From a virus: 64,000 nucleotides of DNA. The DNA lies in IMG/VR virus record IMGVR_UViG_3300030108_004965, positions 32,001-96,000 of that record. One strand, given 5' to 3'. The notes under the pieces were generated by a model. That model worked only from the letters and a program-made list of their open reading frames with translations, did no database searches and was not told the origin of the DNA. This document shows, one piece after another, positions 9,325-19,316 of this stretch. Position numbers and translations under genes: made by a program. Positions within the stretch are counted from its first letter, which is position 1, and each line of letters begins with the position of its first letter.

Positions 9325-10283
9325 TGGGTATTATCCTTTTTTATTTTTTCTATAAATTTTTCTGTTGTATAATTCATAGATTTTATATATGCATTTTCTA
9401 CAATCTGTTGATAATCACCCCAATTATTTAAAACTTCTTTTATTTTTTTTTCAAGATCAATTTCATTATCAAAATATACAAAGTCTTCTTCTGGGGTGTA
9501 AAAATCCTCAATAACATTCCAGTCATCTTTTCTTACCAAATTAAGAGTTCTAGAGATTGCTGCTTCATGAAACCTTGTTTTGAACTGGGGCATCGCTGCT
9601 AGCGTATCTATAGAGGAAAAGGCTAAATTTTTCTTATATTCAGGTCTTGATTTGATCCTAGGTATGTGCTCTTTGTGCACTTGGGCCATGTTATAACAAA
9701 CTGAAACTTTCGATTCTGCTACTAAATTAATTTTATCTTTGAATTTTAAATTAGTGTTTGTAGCGTAAGGCAAAAAATGCCTAGTTAAACTGTTAATGTG
9801 CGTGGTCATCGTGCAGTACCTGTAATTAAACTTACTCATGACCTTTAGACAATCAACATGTTCTTTTGCATGGATGCCACCATGGTAAATTACGTCATAC
9901 TTTTTTTCCTGCTTTTCTGGTGTCAAAGTCTTGCAGAATGGGTAAAAAATGTATCTATATTCACGACCTAAATGTAAATTGTTCATCCACTCAACTGTAT
10001 ATGGACAGATTGAATAAACTACATCAAATTTTTCTTCGTAATCCATGGGAGACTTACCATTATGATCTTTTACCTGTGCGAATTCACAAGGAGCCCAGTT
10101 GTTAAATAAAATCTTTTTGTAATCACACAAATCTGTTTCTAACAATTTATTGTTGGAGGAGTTATAACCATATAAAAGCACTGTTTTTTTATCATCATCA
10201 GAGAATTTTTTAAAATTAAAATGATAAGCATTTGTGTCAGGCACTTCTGCTGTTAGGTTCTCTAAAATTAACATTAAACCCAC
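9321..10283 (-). CDS. glycosyltransferase-like protein (GT1-like C-terminus)
   Basis: SKVSVCYN...KTRFHEAA...DFY..EDFVYFDNE.DL..KI. Confidence 0.6.
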   Translation of the reverse strand: MGLMLILENLTAEVPDTNAYHFNFKKFSDDDKKTVLLYGYNSSNNKLLETDLCDYKKILFNNWAPCEFAQVKDHNGKSPMDYEEKFDVVYSICPYTVEWMNNLHLGREYRYIFYPFCKTLTPEKQEKKYDVIYHGGIHAKEHVDCLKVMSKFNYRYCTMTTHINSLTRHFLPYATNTNLKFKDKINLVAESKVSVCYNMAQVHKEHIPRIKSRPEYKKNLAFSSIDTLAAMPQFKTRFHEAAISRTLNLVRKDDWNVIEDFYTPEEDFVYFDNEIDLEKKIKEVLNNWGDYQQIVENAYIKSMNYTTEKFIEKIKKDNTQ

Positions 10284-11023
10284 CCTCTTTTTCGAATATC
10301 GATCTTATATTTTTTTATCATTGATCCCATTATTTTAGGATACTCGGTCAGATTCCACCTACCTTTCACTAAAGCAGTTGAAACATGGGGAAAAACTTTA
10401 GAGTCATAATGGTAAACCCCTCTTTTGGGCTCTCCATAATAACAAAATAAACCAGACAAGCCCAGTTTTCTACAAGTCTCAGTTGCTTGATATTCAAAGG
10501 AGTTTTGCCAATCAACGTTTGCTATGTGAAGGTTCGGGCCTCTTTGGTGGATTAACTCCAAGTCTCTTGTCTTCCATAGCGCAGCCTGTCCGGTGTAAAA
10601 ATAATCATTATTTATTGGCACAAAAAATAAATTATCACAAAATTTTTCATGTGGCCCATGATAAGTACCACCTTTCATAAACCTAATGAAAGATAAAGAT
10701 GGGTTTTTCATTAAAGTTGATTTAAAAAAATCTATACTCTCTTCATTAATAAAATCGTAGAGTATGTAATCCTCGGATATATAAATACAAAATTCCTCTT
10801 CTACTTTTTCTATGCAGCTTACGAACTGATTTTTAAAACTTTCGTTTTTCTCATACTTTATAATCTCATATCCTGTTGGTATCTTTGATAAATCGTCGTC
10901 CACGAAGACATATTTTTTATCAAAAAAACTTTTAGTTATAAATTGATCTATTTGATTGAAAAACATCTCCCAAACATCATTGTTCTTGGACACCGTATTA
11001 ATTACCAAACTAAGCTTACTCAT
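10274..11023 (-). CDS. putative glycosyltransferase (GT-A-like)
   Basis: IYISEDYIL DxD-like motif, QAALWK; operon context. Confidence 0.5.
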   Translation of the reverse strand: MSKLSLVINTVSKNNDVWEMFFNQIDQFITKSFFDKKYVFVDDDLSKIPTGYEIIKYEKNESFKNQFVSCIEKVEEEFCIYISEDYILYDFINEESIDFFKSTLMKNPSLSFIRFMKGGTYHGPHEKFCDNLFFVPINNDYFYTGQAALWKTRDLELIHQRGPNLHIANVDWQNSFEYQATETCRKLGLSGLFCYYGEPKRGVYHYDSKVFPHVSTALVKGRWNLTEYPKIMGSMIKKYKIDIRKRGWV

Positions 11024-12357
11024 AAAACTCTCTCAAAAAACGACTCCAAAGTATTATCAATCTTTTTTATTTTTTCATCAGTTATACCAATAAAAGTACC
11101 TATTAGGATTGAATTTCTGGTTGCCAAATTAGCATTATGAAATTTTTTATAATCGTGTTTTAATCTTAGCTTTTTATAAGCTGGGTGATATAGTAGATTT
11201 CCAGTAAAATAAGGCCTTGTTTGGATTTTGTTAGATTCTAAATAATCAATAAACTGATGTCTATTAAAAAATTCATTATCCTTTAAAATGGGCATAAACC
11301 CAAACCAACATGGATCTGATCTTTTTGTTTTCTTTGGTAGTATAAAAAACTCTTCATATTTCTTAAAAACATTTATTAGTTTTTTAAAATTGTCTCTCCT
11401 CGCTTGTTCCAAGGTTGGTAGTTTTTTTATCTGCTCTAGACCAATTGCGCCTTGTAATTCTAAAGGTTTTAAATTATAACCTATTTCATCAAAAACATAT
11501 CGGTGATCGTAGATCAAACTTCTATCGCTTTTAAACCAACTTTTGAATCGATTTCCGCATGCTGTCGACTGCATCACGCAGCCGGGCTTTTTCTCATTAC
11601 AATAACAGGCTCTTCCCCAGTCTCTGATGCTGTTAATGGTACGATTCAATAGATAATCGTCAGTTGCTACAAACCCACCTTCTCCTAGGGTCATATGGTG
11701 AGCGGGATAAAATGAACAAGTTGACATAAGACCAAAAGATCCCAGTTTTTTATCATCGTAGTATGAACCCAGAGCGTCACACGCATCTTCGAGAAAAACT
11801 AATTTATATTTATCAACTATGCTCATCAATCTTTCCATGTCTGGTGGGTTACCGAGAACATGGGCAAAAATAATCCCTTTTATTTCTCTTTTGGTATCCT
11901 TGGCTAACAACTCCTCTACTTGATCTAGATCTAAATTTAGACTTGGAATTTCAACATCAACAAAAACAGGCTCTAAACCTAATTGAATTAAGGGATTGAT
12001 AGTTGTAGGAAAACAAACTACCGGAGTTATAAACTTATCACCTCTTTTAATCCTATATTTCTTAGGGCACTTATTTTCACTTAGCAACGAGGATACCATT
12101 AATAAATTAGCAGAACTGCCTGAGTTTGTTAGTGTTCCCATTTTTTTACCTAAATTAATTGGAAAATTTAGTTCAAATTCTCTGCATTTTTTTCCAAATA
12201 CCAACCAGCCATCCAGTAGTGAATCAAATGCTGCTCTATATTCTTCAAAACCAATGTGTGGTCCCGAGTAGCTTACCCACTCAGATTGTTCGTTATTTTC
12301 ATCTAAATAACATTTTAAGAGTTCATAGATTTTGTTTCTTTTTTCTTCTTGTGTCAT
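11020..12357 (-). CDS. rfbH: CDP-4-keto-6-deoxy-glucose 3-dehydrase (RfbH/DdhC, PMP-dependent)
   Basis: NSGSSANL, FPTTINP, HVLGNP, EDACDALG, SFYPAHHMT.GEGG (His at cofactor site), RDWGRAC.C, YDHRY, GYNLKP. Confidence 0.88.
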   Translation of the reverse strand: MTQEEKRNKIYELLKCYLDENNEQSEWVSYSGPHIGFEEYRAAFDSLLDGWLVFGKKCREFELNFPINLGKKMGTLTNSGSSANLLMVSSLLSENKCPKKYRIKRGDKFITPVVCFPTTINPLIQLGLEPVFVDVEIPSLNLDLDQVEELLAKDTKREIKGIIFAHVLGNPPDMERLMSIVDKYKLVFLEDACDALGSYYDDKKLGSFGLMSTCSFYPAHHMTLGEGGFVATDDYLLNRTINSIRDWGRACYCNEKKPGCVMQSTACGNRFKSWFKSDRSLIYDHRYVFDEIGYNLKPLELQGAIGLEQIKKLPTLEQARRDNFKKLINVFKKYEEFFILPKKTKRSDPCWFGFMPILKDNEFFNRHQFIDYLESNKIQTRPYFTGNLLYHPAYKKLRLKHDYKKFHNANLATRNSILIGTFIGITDEKIKKIDNTLESFFERVL

Positions 12358-13193
12358 TTTTGTCCTAATAGTATTTTATCAATAGCAGACCATATTGTGT
12401 ATTGTTGTTTAAACCCAGTCTTGTGCAATTTATTTACATCCAAGTACATGTTCTTAACTTGTACTATTTTATGAAACTCGGGAGGCTCTATCGATTCTAT
12501 TTTGCTTTTTGAGCCTAGAGAGTTTTTACAATACATTATCACATCTTTTATCTTAGTAGGCTTACCAGATCCAATGTTAATTATATCATTTGTACTAGAG
12601 TTGCTTATACAGCACTTAATCGCATTACAAACATCGTCCACGTACATATAGTCCCTAACATGTTCTCCGTCATCGTATAGCTGTATGTCCTCGTTGTTTT
12701 TTAGATTACCAATCATAAACTGTAGCGCATTTTTTTTCTTTGAAACACCGGCATCAGATTCTCCAATAACATTACAAAGTCTCAAAATCCTATATTTCAT
12801 GTTGTGCGTTTCACAGTATGAGATTAGCATCTGTTCTGCTGTTCTCTTGGTTATGGAATAAAAACCTTTTGGATCACAAACGGACAGTTCAGTAGCTGGG
12901 AGATCTAGCGTTTTTCCATAAACAAACCAAGAACTTACAAAATTAAAAATCAGTTCGGTCTGATTTTTATTGGCCTCTAGTACTTCCAATAATTTAATTA
13001 AATTTGTCTCAACGTCCAAGAAGGGCTTATCGAAAATGTTGTAATTCGTTGTCGTACTTATAAAGTATAGCAATTCATTACTTTCAGAAGTGTTTTGTTC
13101 TCTCGGAATTTTAATCACTTCATCAGAAAATAAATTACAATATCTAGATCCTATAAACCCAGACGAGCCATAAATGGAAATTTTATTATTCAT
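12354..13193 (-). CDS. NAD-dependent epimerase/dehydratase
   Basis: GSSGFIGS, SSWFVYG, YSITK, LRLCNVIG, RDYMYVDD. Confidence 0.85.
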   Translation of the reverse strand: MNNKISIYGSSGFIGSRYCNLFSDEVIKIPREQNTSESNELLYFISTTTNYNIFDKPFLDVETNLIKLLEVLEANKNQTELIFNFVSSWFVYGKTLDLPATELSVCDPKGFYSITKRTAEQMLISYCETHNMKYRILRLCNVIGESDAGVSKKKNALQFMIGNLKNNEDIQLYDDGEHVRDYMYVDDVCNAIKCCISNSSTNDIINIGSGKPTKIKDVIMYCKNSLGSKSKIESIEPPEFHKIVQVKNMYLDVNKLHKTGFKQQYTIWSAIDKILLGQK

Positions 13194-13947
13194 TGTTGTT
13201 TCTTTTGTCTTTAGGGATCGATCTCAGGGCCCTAAATTTGTCTAAATTCTCGTCAATAGGGTCACTAGGTCTTTTCATATATTTTGTTGAGCGACCTTTT
13301 TTATCTTCAGTATTTTTTAAATAGTAATAAAGTGCTATAGATTTTCTAGTAAAATTATCCGGACAATTAAGGACCTCTGGATGTCCATGATATGATGTTT
13401 CATTTGTGTTGAAAATAACCAATCTGTTAAAGATAGGTAAGATTTTCTGCTTACATTCAGTCATTTCTTTGTCCCAAAGTTCCAAGTGTCCTCCGTATTC
13501 CTCCCTCCAATCTTTGTTCAAAAACAAAATAGCGTTCAAGCAACGGATGTTTTTCGTTTTATAGTGAACATTGAAATCAGCATGAATGTCAAGCTTACCA
13601 CCTCTTTGTATCTGATGTAGTCCACCGCCGATCAAATCGGTATCAGCAATCAGACCTTCATTTCTTGTTAGTTTCTCTAAAAATTTTAAAAATTCGTCAG
13701 AATTCATAAAATTTATTATTTTACTTATTGGCTCTTCATATTCTTCTATATTTGAATTCATTAGTTTTTTTTCTAATGGATTATCATATTCTGTCCATTT
13801 TACTTGTGAAGGAGATGGGAATACCCGTAAAGCTTGATCGAGATACTTGTCTATCATAAAGTTATCTATGACTATGTGAGGGAATGGACTAGCACTGATG
13901 TATCTGCTGCTATTGTTTTCAGCAAATGTTAAGTCAACTTTTATCAT
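13186..13947 (-). CDS. 2OG-Fe(II) oxygenase
   Basis: PFPHIVIDNF, GGGLH, HADFN (HxD), GGHLELW, FNRLVIF, HGHP, RKS. Confidence 0.9.
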   Translation of the reverse strand: MIKVDLTFAENNSSRYISASPFPHIVIDNFMIDKYLDQALRVFPSPSQVKWTEYDNPLEKKLMNSNIEEYEEPISKIINFMNSDEFLKFLEKLTRNEGLIADTDLIGGGLHQIQRGGKLDIHADFNVHYKTKNIRCLNAILFLNKDWREEYGGHLELWDKEMTECKQKILPIFNRLVIFNTNETSYHGHPEVLNCPDNFTRKSIALYYYLKNTEDKKGRSTKYMKRPSDPIDENLDKFRALRSIPKDKRNNNE

Positions 13948-14756
13948 GCCACCCCTCTCAGATAGTAATTTATAAATTGATCATCTTTCTCTAAAAAACT
14001 GAATACTAGGTTAGACAACTCATTATTAAACTCAATTATTCCGGGATAGAATAGGTCCATGGATACCCCATGCTTAGATGAAAGCTCTTTTCTTTTCCAG
14101 ATGTCTATAGAGTCATAAGCAGGTCTATTTCCAGATCCATTGTGAAAAATCAAATCATCATAAACAGCAAACATAAGAGGGTGTAAGTCACAACAGTTAG
14201 TTCTTAACATTTTGCCCCAGACGACCCCTAGGTTGTCCAAGGTCTCTTTCAATAATACACCGGCACAACTTGCTCCTCTAGAGGGATTTAATTCCCAAGA
14301 TAAATTATTGTTTTTCCAAAAACCGTATGTAGTCGCAAGGAAACAAGGGTGAGGATAAGGCTTAAATTTTTCATCAAGCAAAGGCTCTATGTTCTCTTCC
14401 CTAGAGATTGCAACTAGGGGGTAAACTTGTAGTTTATTAATTATTTTTTCATACCAAGAGTCATTAATTGGAAAAGCATCAGGGTCTATAAACACAATCA
14501 CATCATTATCACTGGGGTTGAATGAATTCAAAATATTGTACATTTTATTCATTTTCACATAATGCTTGTTTTCAACACTTGAAATGTCATAAACATTAGT
14601 AGAATGTAATTTCAATTCATTTTTTACAGAACCTACATCAATCTCTGTTATTCCACAAATAACTTTATATTCAACAGTGGTATTTTTTTTTATGAACCTA
14701 GACTGCAGATTCATCCACTTATGTGATTTATGGTGGTTTGTCATTAAATAGAGCAT
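13944..14756 (-). CDS. putative glycosyltransferase (GT-A-like)
   Basis: IVFIDPDAF DxD motif; operon context. Confidence 0.5.
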   Translation of the reverse strand: MLYLMTNHHKSHKWMNLQSRFIKKNTTVEYKVICGITEIDVGSVKNELKLHSTNVYDISSVENKHYVKMNKMYNILNSFNPSDNDVIVFIDPDAFPINDSWYEKIINKLQVYPLVAISREENIEPLLDEKFKPYPHPCFLATTYGFWKNNNLSWELNPSRGASCAGVLLKETLDNLGVVWGKMLRTNCCDLHPLMFAVYDDLIFHNGSGNRPAYDSIDIWKRKELSSKHGVSMDLFYPGIIEFNNELSNLVFSFLEKDDQFINYYLRGVA

Positions 14757-15367
14757 TTTACCACCCCTACATCTTTGAATAAATCAAACTCTTTTAGATT
14801 TCTATAAAAAGGTTTTTCTGGTAGATCCTCTACATGATCCGGATAATTTTGCATTAACATCAAGCCTCTCGCAGCCTGCTCGGGAGACATGTAGGCATTC
14901 CATCCATTGATTTGAATGTTGTCTTCATGATACATAACTTCTCCACGACCTTCATAACGACCCTTTCTGAACCACCTCGCGGCATCTTCATCATCTGTTA
15001 GTATCATTCCCCCTTTACCAATCTTTAAGTGCTTTTTGATATGAAAGGAAAGGCACATATAAGATCCCGGGATGTACATTCCGCTTGTAAGTCTTTTCGC
15101 TGCATCCCAAATTGGGTATGGCTCTAATTGATAAATGCCTTTCCACCTATAGTCTTTAAACTTTAGTGATCCTCCAGCATGTAAAATAGATTGAGGAACC
15201 GATAAATAAGTTCTAGAAGGTATTGTTACTTCTTCTACTTGCAAGTATTCACAGCACAACAAAAGAGCGTCTGTACAATTATCTGTTGAGACAGCATATT
15301 TCGATCCGCAATAATCTGCTACTGTTTCTTCAAACATCTTAACTATCTTATAAGGGTTGTGTCTCAC
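14744..15367 (-). CDS. short DegT/DnrJ/EryC1/StrS-like aminotransferase
   Basis: FEE.VADYCGSKYAV...CTDAL, WDAA, SFHIKKHL.IGKGGMI, GWN.YM; only 207 aa. Confidence 0.8.
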   Translation of the reverse strand: MRHNPYKIVKMFEETVADYCGSKYAVSTDNCTDALLLCCEYLQVEEVTIPSRTYLSVPQSILHAGGSLKFKDYRWKGIYQLEPYPIWDAAKRLTSGMYIPGSYMCLSFHIKKHLKIGKGGMILTDDEDAARWFRKGRYEGRGEVMYHEDNIQINGWNAYMSPEQAARGLMLMQNYPDHVEDLPEKPFYRNLKEFDLFKDVGVVKCSI

Positions 15368-15747
15368 TTTTTCTCCATTAAATAATATTTGATTTCAAAA
15401 CCAGACTTCTCAAAGAGTTTTCTACTTGCTTCATTTTGTATTTTAACTTTTGCTTGTGCATTCGGGTGCGATTTCATTATTTCGTTAACCATAAAAGATG
15501 CAACCCCTTTACCTTGATGATCAGGGTGAGTTGCTACCCTTATATCATCATCTATTATACCAATATAACCGATTGGATTGTTGTTGTCAACACAAATATA
15601 AAAAAAATGAGAATTTTTTTTCATATAACTTTCATGATCTTTTTTGGAAATGACTTCTTGTTGTATGAAACCTTCTCTTACGCCATCTAAATTTCTTAAA
15701 TTACGGATGAACTCCCAGTAAACATAATTGTTTTTAATTAACTCCAT
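15364..15747 (-). CDS. GNAT acetyltransferase
   Basis: HPDHQGKGVA acetyl-CoA motif A, NEASRKLFEKSGF. Confidence 0.85.
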   Translation of the reverse strand: MELIKNNYVYWEFIRNLRNLDGVREGFIQQEVISKKDHESYMKKNSHFFYICVDNNNPIGYIGIIDDDIRVATHPDHQGKGVASFMVNEIMKSHPNAQAKVKIQNEASRKLFEKSGFEIKYYLMEKK

Positions 15748-16532
15748 ACGTCCACCTGATTTTTAAAAGGACTATTCGAGCCCAAAAGCCAGCCTGTTAA
15801 GTATCCTCGGGTATATTGCCAACCCTCTAAGTCAAGAAAAGGGTTCAGGCAAGACCCAATGTCCAAAAATGTGTTGTTTGGGTTATCTCTAAAGCATTCA
15901 TAAATTATAAAATTTGATAAAGAAGCGGCTGAGCAAAGTATTATTGCGTCATTTATTTGATTCTCTTTTATATAATTTTTAACTTTTTCTACTGTATCGT
16001 AATTCTCAATCATACAGTTTGATCCAATTTTAAATTCTTTTGAAATTTTAAATTTTAAATTAGATGTTTTTGCTAACTCATTCACAACATAAATTATTTC
16101 ACGATCAAAAAAAAGAGGAGCCAACTCTTTTATAAATCGAACATAATTGCCATTTATAAGCAAGTTGGAAAAAGTTAAGTTTTCATGGTCTCCGCCGTGA
16201 AAATCAATCATCCAATTAAAATTTTCTCTGCCGACATGAGCATCTGTTGCCGAGACAATACCTTTAAAATAGTTGTCTTGATTGTGCATGTAGCATTCTA
16301 TGAGCTTCTCTCTATACATCTGGTGTTTTTCAGGATAAAATTCTTTTTGCTCTTCTTTTGTGTATTTATTGGGCCCACGAATATCACCAGTAATATAGTA
16401 ATTCTCTGCTAGTACCACTGTTTTATTTTGCAAAATGAACAGTTCACCATCAGAAAATCTTGTGAAAGCAAAGTTTTCTTTGTTTTTTATCTTATTCAAT
16501 AATACATCAAACGCTTTTTTAAAATCTTTCAT
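15738..16532 (-). CDS. putative GT-D fold (DUF1792-like) glycosyltransferase
   Basis: FAFTRFSDGE, FLDIGS motifs. Confidence 0.6.
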   Translation of the reverse strand: MKDFKKAFDVLLNKIKNKENFAFTRFSDGELFILQNKTVVLAENYYITGDIRGPNKYTKEEQKEFYPEKHQMYREKLIECYMHNQDNYFKGIVSATDAHVGRENFNWMIDFHGGDHENLTFSNLLINGNYVRFIKELAPLFFDREIIYVVNELAKTSNLKFKISKEFKIGSNCMIENYDTVEKVKNYIKENQINDAIILCSAASLSNFIIYECFRDNPNNTFLDIGSCLNPFLDLEGWQYTRGYLTGWLLGSNSPFKNQVDVWS

Positions 16533-17706
16533 ATAATTGGTCCTTAAAAATTAAAATTTGTCTCCAAAGCCTTGGGTTTTTCACCTCAAAACAAGAAGTT
16601 ATATTTAATGTATCGGCTCCCCATGGAAACTTCAAAAAAAATAGAAGATCTTCTGAATGTAAAACCCCTGCTATTTTTGAAGAGGGGACAGTATCTTCAT
16701 CAACAAAAGCTGCTTTGTTTCTTGCCAAGTCTAACATAAAAATTTGTTTTTTATCATATAATCTAAAATAAGTTTGTTCTGGTTTGTTTCTTCTTTTTGT
16801 ATTGACAAAAGAAATTAATTCATTGGCTTCTTTCAAAATGTCTTCGTTATTTTTTGACTTGTGTTCTAGAATTGGTTTTTCTCCTAGAAAAACTCTTTGC
16901 CATTTCAAATTATTTATTTTATTACGTTCTCCACAATCCTCATAAAGTAATTGGTCTTCATAAAACAAAATCTGCAATGGTAAATCGCCTAAATCTTTAA
17001 TAATTTCATTTATGTTGATTATGTAATCATTCAAAAATTTATTATATTCTTTACAGAAATAAATAAAACTAGCAAACGGGATAACAACTTTTGGCTTGAA
17101 GTAATCATAATATTTTCTTATCATATTTTTATGAAAACTTTTTGCCTCGGTCAGACCTTGAACATCGTCTTTGTTTGCATAATACCCGGCTAAAGAGAAT
17201 TGCATGAACCAAAAATCTATTTTTGGATATTTATTTTTTATCAAAACACATTGAGATCTGCTTAATTGACAATCATTTTGATTCAAATAAACCTTATCAT
17301 TGACTTTGAAGACATAAGCGGAATCATGACCAGTTGGATAGTTTGAAATAGACAAAAAATTATTTAATTTAAATTCTTTGTTAGGAGGTATTTCAGCACA
17401 TTTAAAACCAATTTTCCTAAGGTTATTAGCCACATTTTTATTTTTACGCAACGGCAACAAAACATTAATTTCTCTACTGGTGTTTTCTATTATCTTTTTT
17501 AAAGTTGGCCAATGCAGGTGATCTGGGTGTTCGTGTGTGATTATAATAAATTTTATTTTTTCATAATCAATTTTTTCGGTTTCCCTTAGTAGAGACCACG
17601 AATCATTAAAAACCTTACCAAAGAACCATGGGTCAAAAATAACAGACTCTTCCTCATTTTCAATTAAAAAACAAGCGTGATTTATAAACCTAATTTCAGC
17701 AGTCAC
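16519..17706 (-). CDS. metallo-beta-lactamase-fold hydrolase (CMP-sialic-acid hydroxylase/UlaG-like)
   Basis: INHAC, DPW, THEHPDH, HDS, NQNDC, IPFAS. Confidence 0.75.
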   Translation of the reverse strand: MTAEIRFINHACFLIENEEESVIFDPWFFGKVFNDSWSLLRETEKIDYEKIKFIIITHEHPDHLHWPTLKKIIENTSREINVLLPLRKNKNVANNLRKIGFKCAEIPPNKEFKLNNFLSISNYPTGHDSAYVFKVNDKVYLNQNDCQLSRSQCVLIKNKYPKIDFWFMQFSLAGYYANKDDVQGLTEAKSFHKNMIRKYYDYFKPKVVIPFASFIYFCKEYNKFLNDYIININEIIKDLGDLPLQILFYEDQLLYEDCGERNKINNLKWQRVFLGEKPILEHKSKNNEDILKEANELISFVNTKRRNKPEQTYFRLYDKKQIFMLDLARNKAAFVDEDTVPSSKIAGVLHSEDLLFFLKFPWGADTLNITSCFEVKNPRLWRQILIFKDQLYERF

Positions 17707-19316
17707 AGAGACACCTCCTTAACAGTTTTCCATCCCTTCCGAAGTCCAGTTTGAACACAAACATCTCTCTCAGAGAAAAACTTCTGATGAGATACGGCGG
17801 AGTTTGTTGATGTCGCCTTATTATCAATACCCAGTTCGTTCCCCAATATCGATCCGTGCAACTCTGGGTCTTCAGGAGGGTGAGGCGGACAATATGTTGG
17901 GATTCCACCATGTATCTTCGCCATAAATCCGAATTGAATATCCTCTCCGTTATCCCAAGTCACAGGTTTTTCTTGCCAGAGGTACCTAAGCCACTCTCTC
18001 TTAAAGAACCAAGAGTGCCCAACGAGATCAACTTCTGTTACCTCAGGATTTTGTGTTGGCCAACCACATCTGTCGTGATTGACGTAGCGATTTCCCTTCA
18101 GGATGATTCCCGCTGATCCCATGATACCCTCGTGAGTCTTCATTGTTTCTAAGCAGTTCTCGTGCCATCTACGGCCCGGTATTGTATCGTCGTCATAAAG
18201 TGCCACGTATTCTGTATCTGCCAAGAGTGCTGCGGCGAATCTGCCATAGAACTTCCAATTAAAATCGTTCTTAAAAACTCTATCAACCCCAAGAGTTTCA
18301 GGATCAAAATCCTTATTATCTTCGTGGTAGTTTATCCATAGCCAGATTTGCGCTGGTTTAATAGATTGTGCTCTGATTGCATCGACTTGCATCTTCAGAT
18401 TATATGGTCTTCTGTAGCAATTCAGAATGACAGTGATGTCTCCCTCTTTGGATTCGTGCTTTGTGACCTCGAACAACTTGTCTTGGATTTTTGATACCAC
18501 AACGTCTCGTTGAGAATCAACATAATCGATCAAATCTTGCCCTTTAAGGCCTTTGAACCAAGGTTCATAGGTACACCCATTAAGGTGGTTTGTCATTAGC
18601 TTACAGCCTAACATACGGGCTTCTAAAATGACCCTACAAAAACTCTCCAATGTCTTAGGGAAGAAAACAAATTTGTCATACTTTGCAAGAGTAGAAAGAT
18701 ACTGCTCGTAAGGCAGTTTTGGTATCAAGTCGTACTCTACATTCTTTTTTAAGCATGTATCAACTGCTTCCTTTGTTCCTTTGATGATATTTGGGTCATT
18801 AATGATCATCGCTTTGTTATTCTTCTCAGAGATTTTACTTCTAATTAAATCAAGTTGCTCCCTCGACCAAAGAGAGCAACCCAGATTCGTAACATTATTG
18901 ATACCCAAATTCTCTGATAATACTTGGGTGTGTTTAATTGATTGACAAAAGACGTGTTTTGCTGATGCGTAGAAATCACGATTGATAATGAAATTTGCTG
19001 GTGCTTTAAAGTTTTTAAAATCAGCAGGATTTCTATTAGACAAGTATTTGTGATCATGTTCTAAAATACAGTATTCCGCTGAGGCTTGTAAGAACTTTAA
19101 AATCTTTGGTTTTAGTCTAAAGAAGTTAGAAACCAAAAAAGTAAAACCCATTTCATTATATAATTTAAGGTGATTAAGAGAAAACTCTTCAGAATTAAAT
19201 TTACAAACCTTAATTCCTTTATTTTCTAACTCTTGGATTAACAATTTATCATAAGTCTCTGCTCCGCCTTGGACTTGACTATAGAAGAAGTCGGCTATGA
19301 AAACTACCTTTTTCAA
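17703..19316 (-). CDS. two-domain glycosyltransferase (GT4-like + GT2-like)
   Basis: ESFCRVILEARMLG (E-x7-E) and ITVILNCYRR...DDDTIPG. Confidence 0.8.
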   Translation of the reverse strand: MKKVVFIADFFYSQVQGGAETYDKLLIQELENKGIKVCKFNSEEFSLNHLKLYNEMGFTFLVSNFFRLKPKILKFLQASAEYCILEHDHKYLSNRNPADFKNFKAPANFIINRDFYASAKHVFCQSIKHTQVLSENLGINNVTNLGCSLWSREQLDLIRSKISEKNNKAMIINDPNIIKGTKEAVDTCLKKNVEYDLIPKLPYEQYLSTLAKYDKFVFFPKTLESFCRVILEARMLGCKLMTNHLNGCTYEPWFKGLKGQDLIDYVDSQRDVVVSKIQDKLFEVTKHESKEGDITVILNCYRRPYNLKMQVDAIRAQSIKPAQIWLWINYHEDNKDFDPETLGVDRVFKNDFNWKFYGRFAAALLADTEYVALYDDDTIPGRRWHENCLETMKTHEGIMGSAGIILKGNRYVNHDRCGWPTQNPEVTEVDLVGHSWFFKREWLRYLWQEKPVTWDNGEDIQFGFMAKIHGGIPTYCPPHPPEDPELHGSILGNELGIDNKATSTNSAVSHQKFFSERDVCVQTGLRKGWKTVKEVSL

